Source: Clostridia bacterium
Lineage (GTDB): Bacteria; Bacillota; Clostridia; TANB77; CAG-465
NCBI GenBank assembly: GCA_028692955.1
Contig: JAQUWH010000005.1
Span: forward strand, 4,615-68,614
Length of the DNA stretch: 64,000 nucleotides
Direction of reading: 5' to 3'
In this document: piece by piece, positions 9,295 through 18,537 of the stretch
How the letters are laid out: every line of letters begins with the position of its first letter
How positions within the stretch are numbered: position 1 is the first letter of the stretch
The notes under the pieces: model-generated
The model's database searches: none
What the model saw: the letters and a program-made list of their open reading frames with translations, nothing else
Told to the model about the DNA's origin: nothing
Made by a program: the position numbers and the translations under genes

Positions 9295-10710
9295 TTATAT
9301 GGGAATTTTATTTCGTATATCATATAATTTAGATGATTTTAAATAACCAAGAGAATGTCTGCTATCAAAAAATCCTGCCATAATATATACATTAAATAGA
9401 TACATGTTAAAGATTTTTGAAAGTGGACCTTGTGACACTTTTATGAGTTTTATCCTATTATATAACACAATTGAAATCTTCTTTAATATGAATCCACTAG
9501 AAATAGAAATATAGTTTTCTTTAATTCTAATTCTTTTAAAATAATAAATGATAGCAATCAGTAAAAATGATATTGCAATCCCTCCTACTGTATACAAAAT
9601 AGATAAGCCAAGATTTTGTGCTACAATAAAAAACACAATATCAAAAATAATAATCAATAAAATCGAAATAATATTAACAGCATCTGGCTGGTAATTTATT
9701 TTAGTTTTAATGGTATATTCTAACTCTGGAAATATATGATTAATCACTTTTTCTATTCTTCCATTGCTACTCATGGGAATTAAGAAAGGTAACTCACTTT
9801 TTTTATTGGATATGCCAGCACAAATGATTTTAAGGGATTTAGCACCAAAAATTCTTGAAAGTAAAGTCTCTGTAATGGTAAATCCATTTATACTATTGAT
9901 AGGTACAATATAGCTCTTACTATTAAATAGTCCAAACTCTATGATTAAAGCTTTTTCATTCTTTTTTAATTTAAACTTGCAATATTTTAATACACTCGTA
10001 ACAATACTATATAGCACTGGAAGCACTATCGCAAAAATAGTGATTAAAAAACCAAGTAAATTATGCATAATTTCTTTTACAATACTTCCATCATTAATCA
10101 TGGTAAAGATAAGTAAAATAACATTTACTACAATTACCATGTAAGTAACTGAAATGTTACAAATACTGTGAAATAATATATTTTTGAGACTATATTTTAC
10201 ATCGTATTTCTCTTCTTCTATGAGATCAACATCATTGCTATTAAATAAATCTTTAAATACTTTGTCTCTAAATTCTATAGCGTCTTTCTTTTTCACAATA
10301 AAATACATATCTTCTTTATATTTATTTTTAGCATTTGTATAAATTCTTAACTTGCTTACCTTGAATAGCTTTTCAAATATATTTTGCTCCACTATAATAG
10401 AAGAAATTTTATTGACACAAAATTCATATTTATCTTTAAACACTAAGTTTTTATACACAGTGATAACATCATCTTCATAAGAAATCCTTGTGATTTTCCA
10501 GTCAATCCAGTAAACAATAAACATAGTGATGATAAACAATGCTAGTAGTATAATAATTACTAAATTAGCATTAATACTATGATTCAATTCATTGATTTTA
10601 TTGACAATGATAGCAAAATTGGTAATAATCAAAACAGTAGCAAGCCAAGTCATTTTTAATGTATTATCAATCACTCCAACGAAAGTGGATTTAAACGGTT
10701 TATTAAACAT
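9295..10710 (-). CDS. YdbT-like membrane protein with bacterial PH (bPH_2/DUF304) repeats
   Basis: 471 aa. The layout repeats a TM pair followed by a short soluble module. It overlaps the upstream 152-aa YdbS-like gene by 8 nt, as in ydbS-ydbT. Confidence 0.55.
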   Translation of the reverse strand: MFNKPFKSTFVGVIDNTLKMTWLATVLIITNFAIIVNKINELNHSINANLVIIILLALFIITMFIVYWIDWKITRISYEDDVITVYKNLVFKDKYEFCVNKISSIIVEQNIFEKLFKVSKLRIYTNAKNKYKEDMYFIVKKKDAIEFRDKVFKDLFNSNDVDLIEEEKYDVKYSLKNILFHSICNISVTYMVIVVNVILLIFTMINDGSIVKEIMHNLLGFLITIFAIVLPVLYSIVTSVLKYCKFKLKKNEKALIIEFGLFNSKSYIVPINSINGFTITETLLSRIFGAKSLKIICAGISNKKSELPFLIPMSSNGRIEKVINHIFPELEYTIKTKINYQPDAVNIISILLIIIFDIVFFIVAQNLGLSILYTVGGIAISFLLIAIIYYFKRIRIKENYISISSGFILKKISIVLYNRIKLIKVSQGPLSKIFNMYLFNVYIMAGFFDSRHSLGYLKSSKLYDIRNKIPI

Positions 10711-11161
10711 TTTTGATCCCTTCCTCTATTCTTAATATTCTATAAAATAAATCATCTATTTTACTATCATCTAAATAATTTATCTTGATACTCCCAGCAC
10801 TTGTTTCGAGTATTAGACTGTAAAGACCAATAATTCTGCCAAGTGGTGACATCTTAATGACAATTTTATATACATTTTTCAGTAATACTACTTTTTTATT
10901 CATAAAGATAATACCATAAATTGATATTAATTTATCCTGATCTAAGCGATACTCATAATTAGAATAAACAATATTTGGTAAAAATGATATAAATACGATA
11001 TATACGACAAATACTAATGCTGAAAAGTAATAAAAGTAGGTTGAAAAATCTTGAAAAAATAGATTAAGAACACCTAGAGTAATGAGTATTACTATAGTTA
11101 CTAAAAATATAAATAGACTAATGTATAATTTGCTTTTTTTTGATACTTTACTATATTCCAT
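10703..11161 (-). CDS. YdbS-like PH-domain membrane protein
   Basis: 152 aa with two N-terminal TM helices followed by a bPH-like module. Translationally coupled to the next gene. Confidence 0.55.
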   Translation of the reverse strand: MEYSKVSKKSKLYISLFIFLVTIVILITLGVLNLFFQDFSTYFYYFSALVFVVYIVFISFLPNIVYSNYEYRLDQDKLISIYGIIFMNKKVVLLKNVYKIVIKMSPLGRIIGLYSLILETSAGSIKINYLDDSKIDDLFYRILRIEEGIKNV

Positions 11162-11301
11162 GATTTCTCCTTTTGAACAGTAATACTTGTATTATTTTTT
11201 GCACGATATGCTTTTTATATTCAAAAAAGAAAGATTTTTATTATTTAGAAAAAAAGACAAAAAAAAAGACAGTATTTCTACTGTCACCCTCTTATTATCG
11301 C

Positions 11302-11595
11302 CTATAGTCTTGTATACTTAGGATTAGAAAAATCATAATTTGTTAATACTTCACCGTTTACTGAACTTAATTGTAAATTGTTCGTCACTAAATCAGCATA
11401 ACTGTAAGATAACTTATTAGAAGTATCACATTCTTTAAAGACAAATAAATTAGAATAAGTACTATCGATAACTCCTCTACGGCAAATACACTTATTTCTT
11501 CCAATATTTGCTCTCACAAATATCTCTTGTCCGATATGTGTTTCCACTTCTTGCTTAACTTTAAGTAGTGAATCTTTTGAAACCATTTTAACCAC
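11302..11595 (-). CDS. veg: Veg protein (biofilm/sporulation-associated)
   Basis: Contains G..I.V.AN.GR.K...RRG.I..TY...F.....D.....SYSYADL.T, including the SYSYAD block of B. subtilis Veg. Confidence 0.8.
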   Translation of the reverse strand: MVKMVSKDSLLKVKQEVETHIGQEIFVRANIGRNKCICRRGVIDSTYSNLFVFKECDTSNKLSYSYADLVTNNLQLSSVNGEVLTNYDFSNPKYTRL

Positions 11596-11644
11596 CCTAA
11601 TAAGCCTCTCTATGTCCTAAATTATAGCACTTTTCGATCAAAAA

Positions 11645-11675
11645 GTCAAAATAAAAGCAGCCTTGTAAGGCCGCT
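11645..11675 (-). terminator. Intrinsic terminator of the ctp gene
   Basis: Minus strand AGCGGCC-ttacaa-GGCTGCT followed by TTTTATTTT. Confidence 0.75.
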
Positions 11676-11770
11676 TTGTTTCAAAAATATGTAAACCAAT
11701 ATGATTATTATTGCATCAATATTAGTGTAATCAAAATTACGTTTCATAGTTGTTAACATTTATGTTACAA

Positions 11771-13003
11771 TTATTTTTTAGAATGGATATATTCAATCGC
11801 TTTTTGTATTTGCGTATCTTTCTCAAGTGGGATGACCGTTTCATTTTCAACTTCTTTTGGTAAATCTACGCTAATATTAGGTTCTATTCCATTTTTATGG
11901 ATTTCAATTCCACTAGCGGTATAATATTTTGCAACCGTAATAGAAAGAGCACCCCTTACACTTAACTTCTGTATTTCTTGTACAATACCCTTACCGTAAG
12001 TTTTATTCCCTATAATAGCACCCTTGCCAGAATCTTTTACAGCTCCTGCGAGTATTTCAGAAGCACTGGCACTACGTGAGTTTGCAACGATAGCAAGTGG
12101 TATATTAATCTGGTTATCATTACTGCATTTGTATACCTTTTGACTGCCATCTTTATACACTAATTTAAGTACATCTCCTTTTGGTAATAATAAGTCTAAT
12201 ATTTTAATGGTTTCACTTACAAATCCACCTGGATTGTTTCGTATGTCGATTACTAGTCCAGAAATATTGTTTTTCATTAACTTATCATACTCTGTTTTAA
12301 ACTGTTCAGAGATATTATTTTCAAAAGATAATATCTTAATATACCCTATATTATCCTCTATTACTTTAGATTCAACATTATTGGCAGTGATAAGGGCTCT
12401 TTTAATATCCTTTTCTATCACTTCTTCGCCTCTTAACATGGTTAGATGAACACTTTCTCCAACGGTGCCTTTCATATTGTCAACACATTCTTTGTAGTTT
12501 TCTAGGCTTACCATTTTATCTCCTACTTTAGCGATGATATCTCCTGCTTTAATACCCGCTTCATAGGCAGGCGTATTTGGCATAACGCCAACAATCAAAA
12601 TCCCACCAGTCTCTTTATCATATGTTAAATGGATACCTAATCCGCCATACTTTTCTGTGCCAGAGGTTAACATCTCATTGTATTCTTCTTCCGTCACATA
12701 ATGAGTATAAGGGTCTCCCGCAGCATTAGCAAGACCACTAATTGCTCCATCAATTAGTTCATCCATACTAACATCATCTATATCAATATAATTTTTTTCT
12801 ATTTTACTTAATGCTTCTTCTATTCGTTTGATATAATCAGAATTCCCAGCACTAGAAACGGTATTTTCACCTTCTAATACAGGCTTTAATACCGTCACTA
12901 AGCAATAAATAATAACAGTTGATATGACAAGCGTCAATGTGGCAATAATGGTATAATTAATAATTTTCTCTTTATCTATTTTAATTTTTTTTTCTTCTTC
13001 CAA
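11771..13003 (-). CDS. S41 family C-terminal processing peptidase (CtpA/CtpB-like)
   Basis: 410 aa with an N-terminal TM and a PDZ-like segment (GGLGI...V..V....PA..AGI..GD.I). The S41 catalytic blocks are NSRSASASEILAGA and GKGIVQ. Confidence 0.85.
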   Translation of the reverse strand: MEEEKKIKIDKEKIINYTIIATLTLVISTVIIYCLVTVLKPVLEGENTVSSAGNSDYIKRIEEALSKIEKNYIDIDDVSMDELIDGAISGLANAAGDPYTHYVTEEEYNEMLTSGTEKYGGLGIHLTYDKETGGILIVGVMPNTPAYEAGIKAGDIIAKVGDKMVSLENYKECVDNMKGTVGESVHLTMLRGEEVIEKDIKRALITANNVESKVIEDNIGYIKILSFENNISEQFKTEYDKLMKNNISGLVIDIRNNPGGFVSETIKILDLLLPKGDVLKLVYKDGSQKVYKCSNDNQINIPLAIVANSRSASASEILAGAVKDSGKGAIIGNKTYGKGIVQEIQKLSVRGALSITVAKYYTASGIEIHKNGIEPNISVDLPKEVENETVIPLEKDTQIQKAIEYIHSKK

Positions 13004-13175
13004 TGTAACTAACCCCTTTTATCTTATTTATTATACAGTATAATACACATTTAGTCAATTATATCATTGAATGAATTAGTATAAAAACATATTTTTTATA
13101 ACATTGTTTTTATATTATAAAAATTTAAATAACACTATTTTTAAGCTACTTTTTGCACTTTTTTAGCAACATAAC

Positions 13176-13204
13176 TTGACTTATTGGACAAACTATTGTA
13201 TAAT
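13176..13204 (+). promoter_or_regulatory. Sigma-A type promoter for rpsU
   Basis: TTGACT, a 17-nt spacer, then TATAAT. The roughly 75-nt leader contains a 9-bp hairpin, GAAATACTT...AAGTATTTC. Confidence 0.7.
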
Positions 13205-13279
13205 TTAATAGTAATTTAGAAATACTTATACACTTAAAATGATTTCAAGTATTTCCCACTGAGGGGAGGGAATTAATAT

Positions 13280-13453
13280 ATGCCAGGAATAAAAATAAAA
13301 GATAATGAAAGTTTAGACAACGCACTAGCTAGATTTAAAAAGCAATGTGCAAAATATGGAGTTCTTGCAGAAATTAGAAAAAGAGAACATTATGAAAAAC
13401 CTAGCGTTAAGAGAAAGAAAAAATCAGAAGCTGCTAGGAAAAGGAAACACTAA
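13280..13453 (+). CDS. rpsU: 30S ribosomal protein S21
   Basis: Hand translation gives [57 protein letters not shown] (57 aa). SD is GAGGGGAGGG. It falls below the length cutoff of the ORF track. Confidence 0.93.
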   Translation: MPGIKIKDNESLDNALARFKKQCAKYGVLAEIRKREHYEKPSVKRKKKSEAARKRKH

Positions 13454-13510
13454 TCTCTGTGACTTTTAAATTTTAAATATAACTCTTGCATTATCTTAAA
13501 TGTGGGGGTT

Positions 13511-13553
13511 GAAATAAAGAACATCTAATGTTTTATTAGATGTTCTTTATTTC
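13511..13553. terminator. Bidirectional terminator between rpsU (+) and the convergent pseudouridine synthase gene (-)
   Basis: Perfect 19-bp stem GAAATAAAGAACATCTAAT / ATTAGATGTTCTTTATTTC with a 5-nt loop and T-rich flanks. The right arm overlaps the last codons of the 13536 gene. Confidence 0.8.
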
Positions 13554-14222
13554 ATTTTCTGTCAAATAACGATACTTACCAAGTGGTAAGTCACCAAGTT
13601 TTAGATGTCCTATTTGTATTCTTTTTAATTCTAGTACTTTTAAATCAACTGCCTCACACATTTTTCTTACTTGCCTATTTTTTCCTTCAGATATAGTAAT
13701 TTGTAATAAATTACTACTTTTACGTTCTACCTTTGCCTCTCTTGTTATGTAATCACCTATATCAACACCTACTTTTAGTTTTTCAATCTGTTCCTCACTC
13801 ACTTTACCATTTATCTTTACAACATATACTTTTTCAACATCATGTTTTGGATGAGTTAGCTTATTGGCAAAATCACCATCATTGGTAAGCAGTAGTAGTC
13901 CTTCTGTATACATATCAAGTCTTCCAATCGGGTATACTCTTGCCTCTTCTTGTATTAAATCCACGGTACTATCCCTTCCAAATTGTTCATCATTGGTTGT
14001 CACATACCCCTTTGGTTTATTGAGCATAATATATACTTTTTTCTCTTCTAATGTTAATTCTTTATCATAGATAGAAACTTTGTCTTTTTCTTCGTCAACC
14101 ATCATACCAAGGTCAGTTACTTTACTACCATTCACGCTAATACTACCATTTTGTATCAGTTCATCTGCTTTTCGCCTTGAGCACACCCCACATTTTGCGA
14201 TATATTTATTAATTCTAATCAT
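13536..14222 (-). CDS. rRNA pseudouridine synthase, RsuA/RluB family (S4 domain plus catalytic domain)
   Basis: N-terminal S4 motif INKYIA..GV.SRR.A..LI. Catalytic motif GRLDMYTEGLLLLTNDG and the NRQVRKM block. Confidence 0.85.
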   Translation of the reverse strand: MIRINKYIAKCGVCSRRKADELIQNGSISVNGSKVTDLGMMVDEEKDKVSIYDKELTLEEKKVYIMLNKPKGYVTTNDEQFGRDSTVDLIQEEARVYPIGRLDMYTEGLLLLTNDGDFANKLTHPKHDVEKVYVVKINGKVSEEQIEKLKVGVDIGDYITREAKVERKSSNLLQITISEGKNRQVRKMCEAVDLKVLELKRIQIGHLKLGDLPLGKYRYLTENEIKNI

Positions 14223-14235
14223 CTTTTTTCCTTTC

Positions 14236-15165
14236 CTAATTATTATCTTGTTCTTTGTTTTCTAACTTTTTTAACACTTCTTTGTAATACTCTGGTAAAT
14301 CAGATTCAAATTCAACATACTTACCAGTAGTTGGATGAATAAATCCTAGTACTTTGGCATGTAACATCTGACCACTTACTTTAAACTTAGTATCTTTATT
14401 TCCATATACTTCGTCACCTACTAATGGGTGTCCTATATATGCCATATGTACTCTTATTTGGTGTGTTCTACCCGTTTCAAGTGTTGCTTCCACTACGGTT
14501 ACATTTGAATCGTAAAAACGTCTTAAAACCTTAATATGCGTGATTGCTTCTTTGCTGTTTTTGTAAGTAACTGCCATTTTTTTCCTATCTTTAGAACTTC
14601 TACCAATTGGATAATTTATCACCAAATTCTCTTCTGTTATAATTCCCTTTACAATAGCAATATATTTTCTAGTGATACTATGTACTTTAAATTGTTCAGA
14701 AAGTTTTTTGTGAGCGTTATCATTTTTAGCAACCACTAATATCCCTGATGTATCTTTATCGATTCTATGCACAATGCCAGGTCGCACAATACCATTAATA
14801 GAAGACAGTTTATCCTTATGAGTATACATTAGAGAATTTACCATTGTACCAGAATAATTCCCATTGGCAGGATGAACTACCATTCCTTTTTCTTTGTCTA
14901 TAATTAAAATATCTTCATCCTCATAAACAATATTAAGTTTAATATCCTCTGCTTGTATATTTGCCTCTTTATCTTCTGGAATATCAATGGAAACAATATC
15001 ATTTTCTTTTAATGCATAACCAGCTTTTTGTTTTTTTTGATTTACAACGACATGCTCGTCATCAATTAACTTTTTTATATAACTTCTTGTAATGCTATCC
15101 ACATTTTGCACAATAAAGTTATCAAGCCTTTCTCCAACGCTTTCTTTTGAAACATTAAATTCCAT
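14236..15165 (-). CDS. rluD: RluA/RluD family 23S rRNA pseudouridine synthase
   Basis: Contains HRIDKDTSGILVVAK, YIAIV.G and GRTHQIRVH, the RluD signatures. Confidence 0.85.
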   Translation of the reverse strand: MEFNVSKESVGERLDNFIVQNVDSITRSYIKKLIDDEHVVVNQKKQKAGYALKENDIVSIDIPEDKEANIQAEDIKLNIVYEDEDILIIDKEKGMVVHPANGNYSGTMVNSLMYTHKDKLSSINGIVRPGIVHRIDKDTSGILVVAKNDNAHKKLSEQFKVHSITRKYIAIVKGIITEENLVINYPIGRSSKDRKKMAVTYKNSKEAITHIKVLRRFYDSNVTVVEATLETGRTHQIRVHMAYIGHPLVGDEVYGNKDTKFKVSGQMLHAKVLGFIHPTTGKYVEFESDLPEYYKEVLKKLENKEQDNN

Positions 15166-15174
15166 TTTTTCTCC

Positions 15175-16050
15175 TTATTTTTGAAATAATTTTCCAATCA
15201 TCTCTTTATTATATTGATAGGTTTTGTTACAAAAATTACAATTAATTTCTACAAATCCTTGATTTTCATCGGCTATTTTAAAAGCTTCTTCTTTTCCTAA
15301 AGCAATAATAGTTTTATCAATTCTTTCTAAAGAGCAATCACATTCATATTGCGGGTATACTTCCTCTAGTAACTCTATATGATTATCTCCTGAAATTGTT
15401 TTTGCTACATCATCCATATCAGCTAAATCACTCATCAGTCCTGTCACACTAAAAATATTTGTATTGATACTCTCAATGATAGTAATAACTTCGTCACTAC
15501 AATCAGGTAATGGCTCAATAATATAGCCTGCTGCCATATCTACCTTGTTATCCTTTGCTATATTGACGCCGAGTGCAACTGCACATGGTGTTTGTTCAGA
15601 TGTAACGAAATAATAAGCAAAATCTTCTGCTATTTCTGAAGATACTAAATTAGAATAACCAATATATGGCTCTTTTAATCCTATGTCTTTTATCACATTT
15701 AGGTAGCCTTTTCCAACAGCTTTTGCTACATCTAATTTACCAATTGAATTTAAAGGCAATTCTACATTTGGAGTAGAGGCATATCCTTTTATCTTTAAGT
15801 TACCATCGCCACAGGTTACCATGCTACCAATCGGCCCATCGCCTTTTATTTGTACTGTAATTCTATTACCTTTTTCTTTTAATTTACAAGACATTATAGA
15901 TGTCATTATTAAAGTTCTACCAAGAGCAGCAGTCACAACATTAGATAAATTATGTGTATTTCTTGCTTCACTTACCATTTTAGTGCCATCCATTACCATG
16001 ACACTAACCATCCCATTATGTGCCAAGTATTTTCTTATTCTATTTTCCAA
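15175..16050 (-). CDS. hslO: Redox-regulated chaperone Hsp33
   Basis: 291 aa. The C-terminal zinc centre CDCS...CNFC and the overall N-terminal pattern match Hsp33. Confidence 0.85.
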   Translation of the reverse strand: MENRIRKYLAHNGMVSVMVMDGTKMVSEARNTHNLSNVVTAALGRTLIMTSIMSCKLKEKGNRITVQIKGDGPIGSMVTCGDGNLKIKGYASTPNVELPLNSIGKLDVAKAVGKGYLNVIKDIGLKEPYIGYSNLVSSEIAEDFAYYFVTSEQTPCAVALGVNIAKDNKVDMAAGYIIEPLPDCSDEVITIIESINTNIFSVTGLMSDLADMDDVAKTISGDNHIELLEEVYPQYECDCSLERIDKTIIALGKEEAFKIADENQGFVEINCNFCNKTYQYNKEMIGKLFQK

Positions 16051-16162
16051 AGTTTCTCTCCTTTTATTTACTCTATCTATTTTAACAGATTTTATCTATT
16101 TTTTCAACAAAAAAGCTCCTCAAATCTAAATTAGATAAGAAGAGTTAAAAAAGCAATATTGC

Positions 16163-16624
16163 CTAAACAATTGATTTTTTCTTTTTTAGTCTTTTAGATA
16201 ACGTAATAGTAGTACCGCTATCTTTGCTAGAATCAATGGATACTTCATCCATAAAAGTTTCCATGATCGTAAATCCCATACCAGCATGTTCTAATTCTGG
16301 TTTTGAAGTATAGGTTGGTGTAGTAACAAGTTCAATATCATCTATTCCAATTCCCATATCAATAATCTCTATTTTGATATCATCATAATCTTCACGTTTT
16401 GTATAGATGTTTACAATTACTGTGGATTCATCATTGAATATACCATCATAACCATGTTCAATTGAATTAGTGACTGCTTCCGATACTGCAGTTTTGATAT
16501 CCATTAATTCATCAATTGTAATAGCAAGGTTGGATATAAAAGTGCTAACAGCAACTCGTACTGGTGCTACATTTTCAAGTAATGCTTTAATCTCCATTCT
16601 CATAAAATTTTCCATACTACTCAC
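16163..16624 (-). CDS. spoIIAB: Anti-sigma factor serine kinase, SpoIIAB-like
   Basis: MRMEIKALLENVAPVRVAVSTFISNL..TIDELMDIKTAVSEAVTNSIEHGY aligns by eye with B. subtilis SpoIIAB (HATPase_c N-box). Confidence 0.75.
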   Translation of the reverse strand: MSSMENFMRMEIKALLENVAPVRVAVSTFISNLAITIDELMDIKTAVSEAVTNSIEHGYDGIFNDESTVIVNIYTKREDYDDIKIEIIDMGIGIDDIELVTTPTYTSKPELEHAGMGFTIMETFMDEVSIDSSKDSGTTITLSKRLKKKKSIV

Positions 16625-16922
16625 ACCTCAACGTTATATGATTTGATATATTAGAAACTTCTAATAACCTTTTTATACTACCACTTGGATTTAATATTGT
16701 CATTTTAGAGTCGATTAATTTTAATAGATTATATCTACCAAGTATGAGACCAATACCACTACTGTCCATAAATGTTACTTCACTTAAATCCACTACACAT
16801 TCTTTTGGTTGATATCTCATTATATATCCATCCATTACCGTTCTAAGCATTTTACAAGAATTCATATCTAATTCTTCATTCAAACTTAAATTTAAATTTC
16901 CGTCCTCGTATTTATATGTCAT
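16617..16922 (-). CDS. spoIIAA: Anti-sigma factor antagonist (STAS), SpoIIAA-like
   Basis: 101-aa STAS protein with the phospho-serine motif FMDSSGIGLILGRY. It overlaps the kinase gene by 8 nt. Confidence 0.75.
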   Translation of the reverse strand: MTYKYEDGNLNLSLNEELDMNSCKMLRTVMDGYIMRYQPKECVVDLSEVTFMDSSGIGLILGRYNLLKLIDSKMTILNPSGSIKRLLEVSNISNHITLRCE

Positions 16923-16985
16923 AATATCACCTCAATGAAAGTATAACATGATAAAAGTAAAAAAAATGTAGAAATTTGAAAAAGG

Positions 16986-17020
16986 GCAAAAAAAACACAA
17001 CCCCACTCGTCAGTGGAATT
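16986..17020 (-). terminator. Intrinsic terminator downstream of the G+C-rich gene
   Basis: Minus strand AATTCCACT-gacg-AGTGGGGTT (9 bp including 2 G-U pairs) followed by GTGTTTTTTTTG. Confidence 0.6.
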
Positions 17021-17124
17021 GCATTCGTTAAATTACTCATAGGTGGGGCAATTATGCCGCTCTTCCTATGAAATAATTTTTTTAAAGTTTCCTAATAAAT
17101 ACATGGTGTTACCACCACTTGAGG

Positions 17125-18267
17125 TTAAGCAGCGTCTGCTACAACCTCTACATCAGGTACCTCAACTACAGGTTCCTCTATAGTCTCCACTTCAGGAGTT
17201 TTAATAGAAGTTTCGGTAGCTTGGATAGCAGCAGCGACGGCACCCGTATTGCCTTTGTCATCAACAACGCCTACGTTGTCGGCGCTGTCCCAATCAAACT
17301 TCTCTGCTGGTTCAGCTTCATCAGTATTCTGCCCGCCGGAAATTTGAGTAGAACCGTCCTCTTTTTCCTCTACTTTCGTAACAGGAGCAGGCGTAGGAGT
17401 TGCTTCTGGGGCAGAAGGAGGTAATGTTATGACATCTTCATCGGATGTCATATCCTCTTGAGGTTTCGCAACCTCTCGTTCTTTTACCTCCTCTTTGGCT
17501 GCAGTGTCATCTTGCTTTGTTATCAAAGCAAGATTTTCTGTAGTAGCCTCATAGGTGATGTTCACTGGTGTGTTGGAAGAACCCACATTACCCGTTGAAC
17601 CGTTGTCAGAGCCACTATTTTCGGAGCCATCTTCCACTTCCTCGAATGAAAGGTTAGTAGAAGTAGTGGACTCTTTCTTCTCAAGAGCTTCCAGCCTTTT
17701 TGAGTATTCATCCTGCTTCTCATGGAGCTTTTTGTTATCTTCCTTAAGAGCCTCTACACTTTTGGACAAGGCGTCAATCTTTTCAGATTGAGCTTTATCC
17801 CGCTCCACCATCTCCTTGCGAAGAGAGGAAACTTCCTCTATAAGGGTAACACCTTCATCAGAGGTAAGGAGAGTTACCTTGTCTGCTGACTGATCGTTCC
17901 GTACACTCAAGTTAACAATGGTAAAGCCCATTGCTATCATTACAACTACCAGCAGCGCTATAAGCGCTGCTAAAACACCCGTTTTATGGGTGGAAAGCCA
18001 GTTGCTATTTTTCATCATGTTGTCCACCCTTTCTGATGGTTGTTTTACAACCACTTTGGCGGCAGCTTTTGCTGCCTTTTCTTCTTCGGCTTTCACTTTG
18101 GCCTCTGCAGCTTTTGCTATAGCAATAGCTTTTTCGGCTTCTGCTTTTGCTTTTACTGCTGCGGCTTTTGCTTTCTCAACTCTCGTGGGTTGAGAATTAC
18201 TAGAGATGTCTTCCATCTCTACTTTTACCGGAACCTCCGGGGTGATTGCTGTTTTTGTTTTAGCCAT
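17125..18267 (-). CDS. Single-pass membrane protein: Ala/Lys/Glu-rich N-terminus, coiled coil, acidic Thr/Pro-rich C-terminus (unknown function)
   Basis: 380-aa ORF with strong SD (AGGAGGAAGTTACC ATG). TM helix GVLAALIALLVVVMIAMGFTIV. Heptad-like EKIDALSKSVEALKEDNKKLHEKQDEYSKRLEALEKK. G+C content is visibly far above the flanks. Confidence 0.75.
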   Translation of the reverse strand: MAKTKTAITPEVPVKVEMEDISSNSQPTRVEKAKAAAVKAKAEAEKAIAIAKAAEAKVKAEEEKAAKAAAKVVVKQPSERVDNMMKNSNWLSTHKTGVLAALIALLVVVMIAMGFTIVNLSVRNDQSADKVTLLTSDEGVTLIEEVSSLRKEMVERDKAQSEKIDALSKSVEALKEDNKKLHEKQDEYSKRLEALEKKESTTSTNLSFEEVEDGSENSGSDNGSTGNVGSSNTPVNITYEATTENLALITKQDDTAAKEEVKEREVAKPQEDMTSDEDVITLPPSAPEATPTPAPVTKVEEKEDGSTQISGGQNTDEAEPAEKFDWDSADNVGVVDDKGNTGAVAAAIQATETSIKTPEVETIEEPVVEVPDVEVVADAA

Positions 18268-18415
18268 GGTAACTTCCTCCTAGTAAATTTTTTTGTAATA
18301 TATATATATATAAAAGGAAACTATATAATACCACCAAAAAGTCGGTAGTTATATAAGTCTCCCTGAATTTTCAAAGAGATATAAAATATTTCTCTACTAT
18401 AATTATAGCACAAAA

Positions 18416-18499
18416 CAAGCAAAAAGTCAATTTTATGTAATATATAACTTAACATATTTATCTAATATATAGTTATATTACATCATACCTTTTTGCTTG
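18416..18499. repeat. 84-bp composite imperfect palindrome (probable bidirectional terminator or operator) between the srtB operon and the G+C-rich gene
   Basis: Outer arms are CAAGCAAAAAG (18416-26) and CTTTTTGCTTG (18489-99). Inner arms are ATGTAATATATAACT (18435-49) and AGTTATATTACAT (18471-83). Confidence 0.55.
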
Positions 18500-18537
18500 T
18501 TTGTATTATTTTTTTATTTGATTGTTTTGTTTTTATA

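Noticed and set aside
9209-9298. Two hairpins downstream of, or overlapping, the ydbT-like stop (GTTGAATAA/TTATTCAAC and AATTCCCATATA/TATATGGGAATT).
   Set aside because: Neither is followed by a U-tract on the transcribed (minus) strand. They may still act as a terminator, but the evidence is ambiguous.
16095-16146. Possible terminator after spoIIAB.
   Set aside because: The stem is only about 6 contiguous base pairs with a mismatch and an 18-nt loop. It is too weak to list as a feature, though a T-tract follows. It is mentioned only as context for the missing sigF observation.
18298-18312. (TA)n microsatellite upstream of the G+C-rich gene, and the similar (AT)n run at 60737-60750.
   Set aside because: These are short AT dinucleotide runs, common in AT-rich promoters and spacers. 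The second is already covered as part of the palindrome in the pilin spacer finding.
17119-18348. Four plus-strand or alternative-frame ORFs (17119-17424, 17555-17791, 17918-18193, 18040-18348) overlapping the 380-aa minus-strand gene.
   Set aside because: They have no SD sequences, and their products are low-complexity Ser/Phe/Cys/Leu strings. They are shadow ORFs caused by the locally high G+C and few stop codons. The minus-strand gene has a strong SD and a coherent TM plus coiled-coil architecture.
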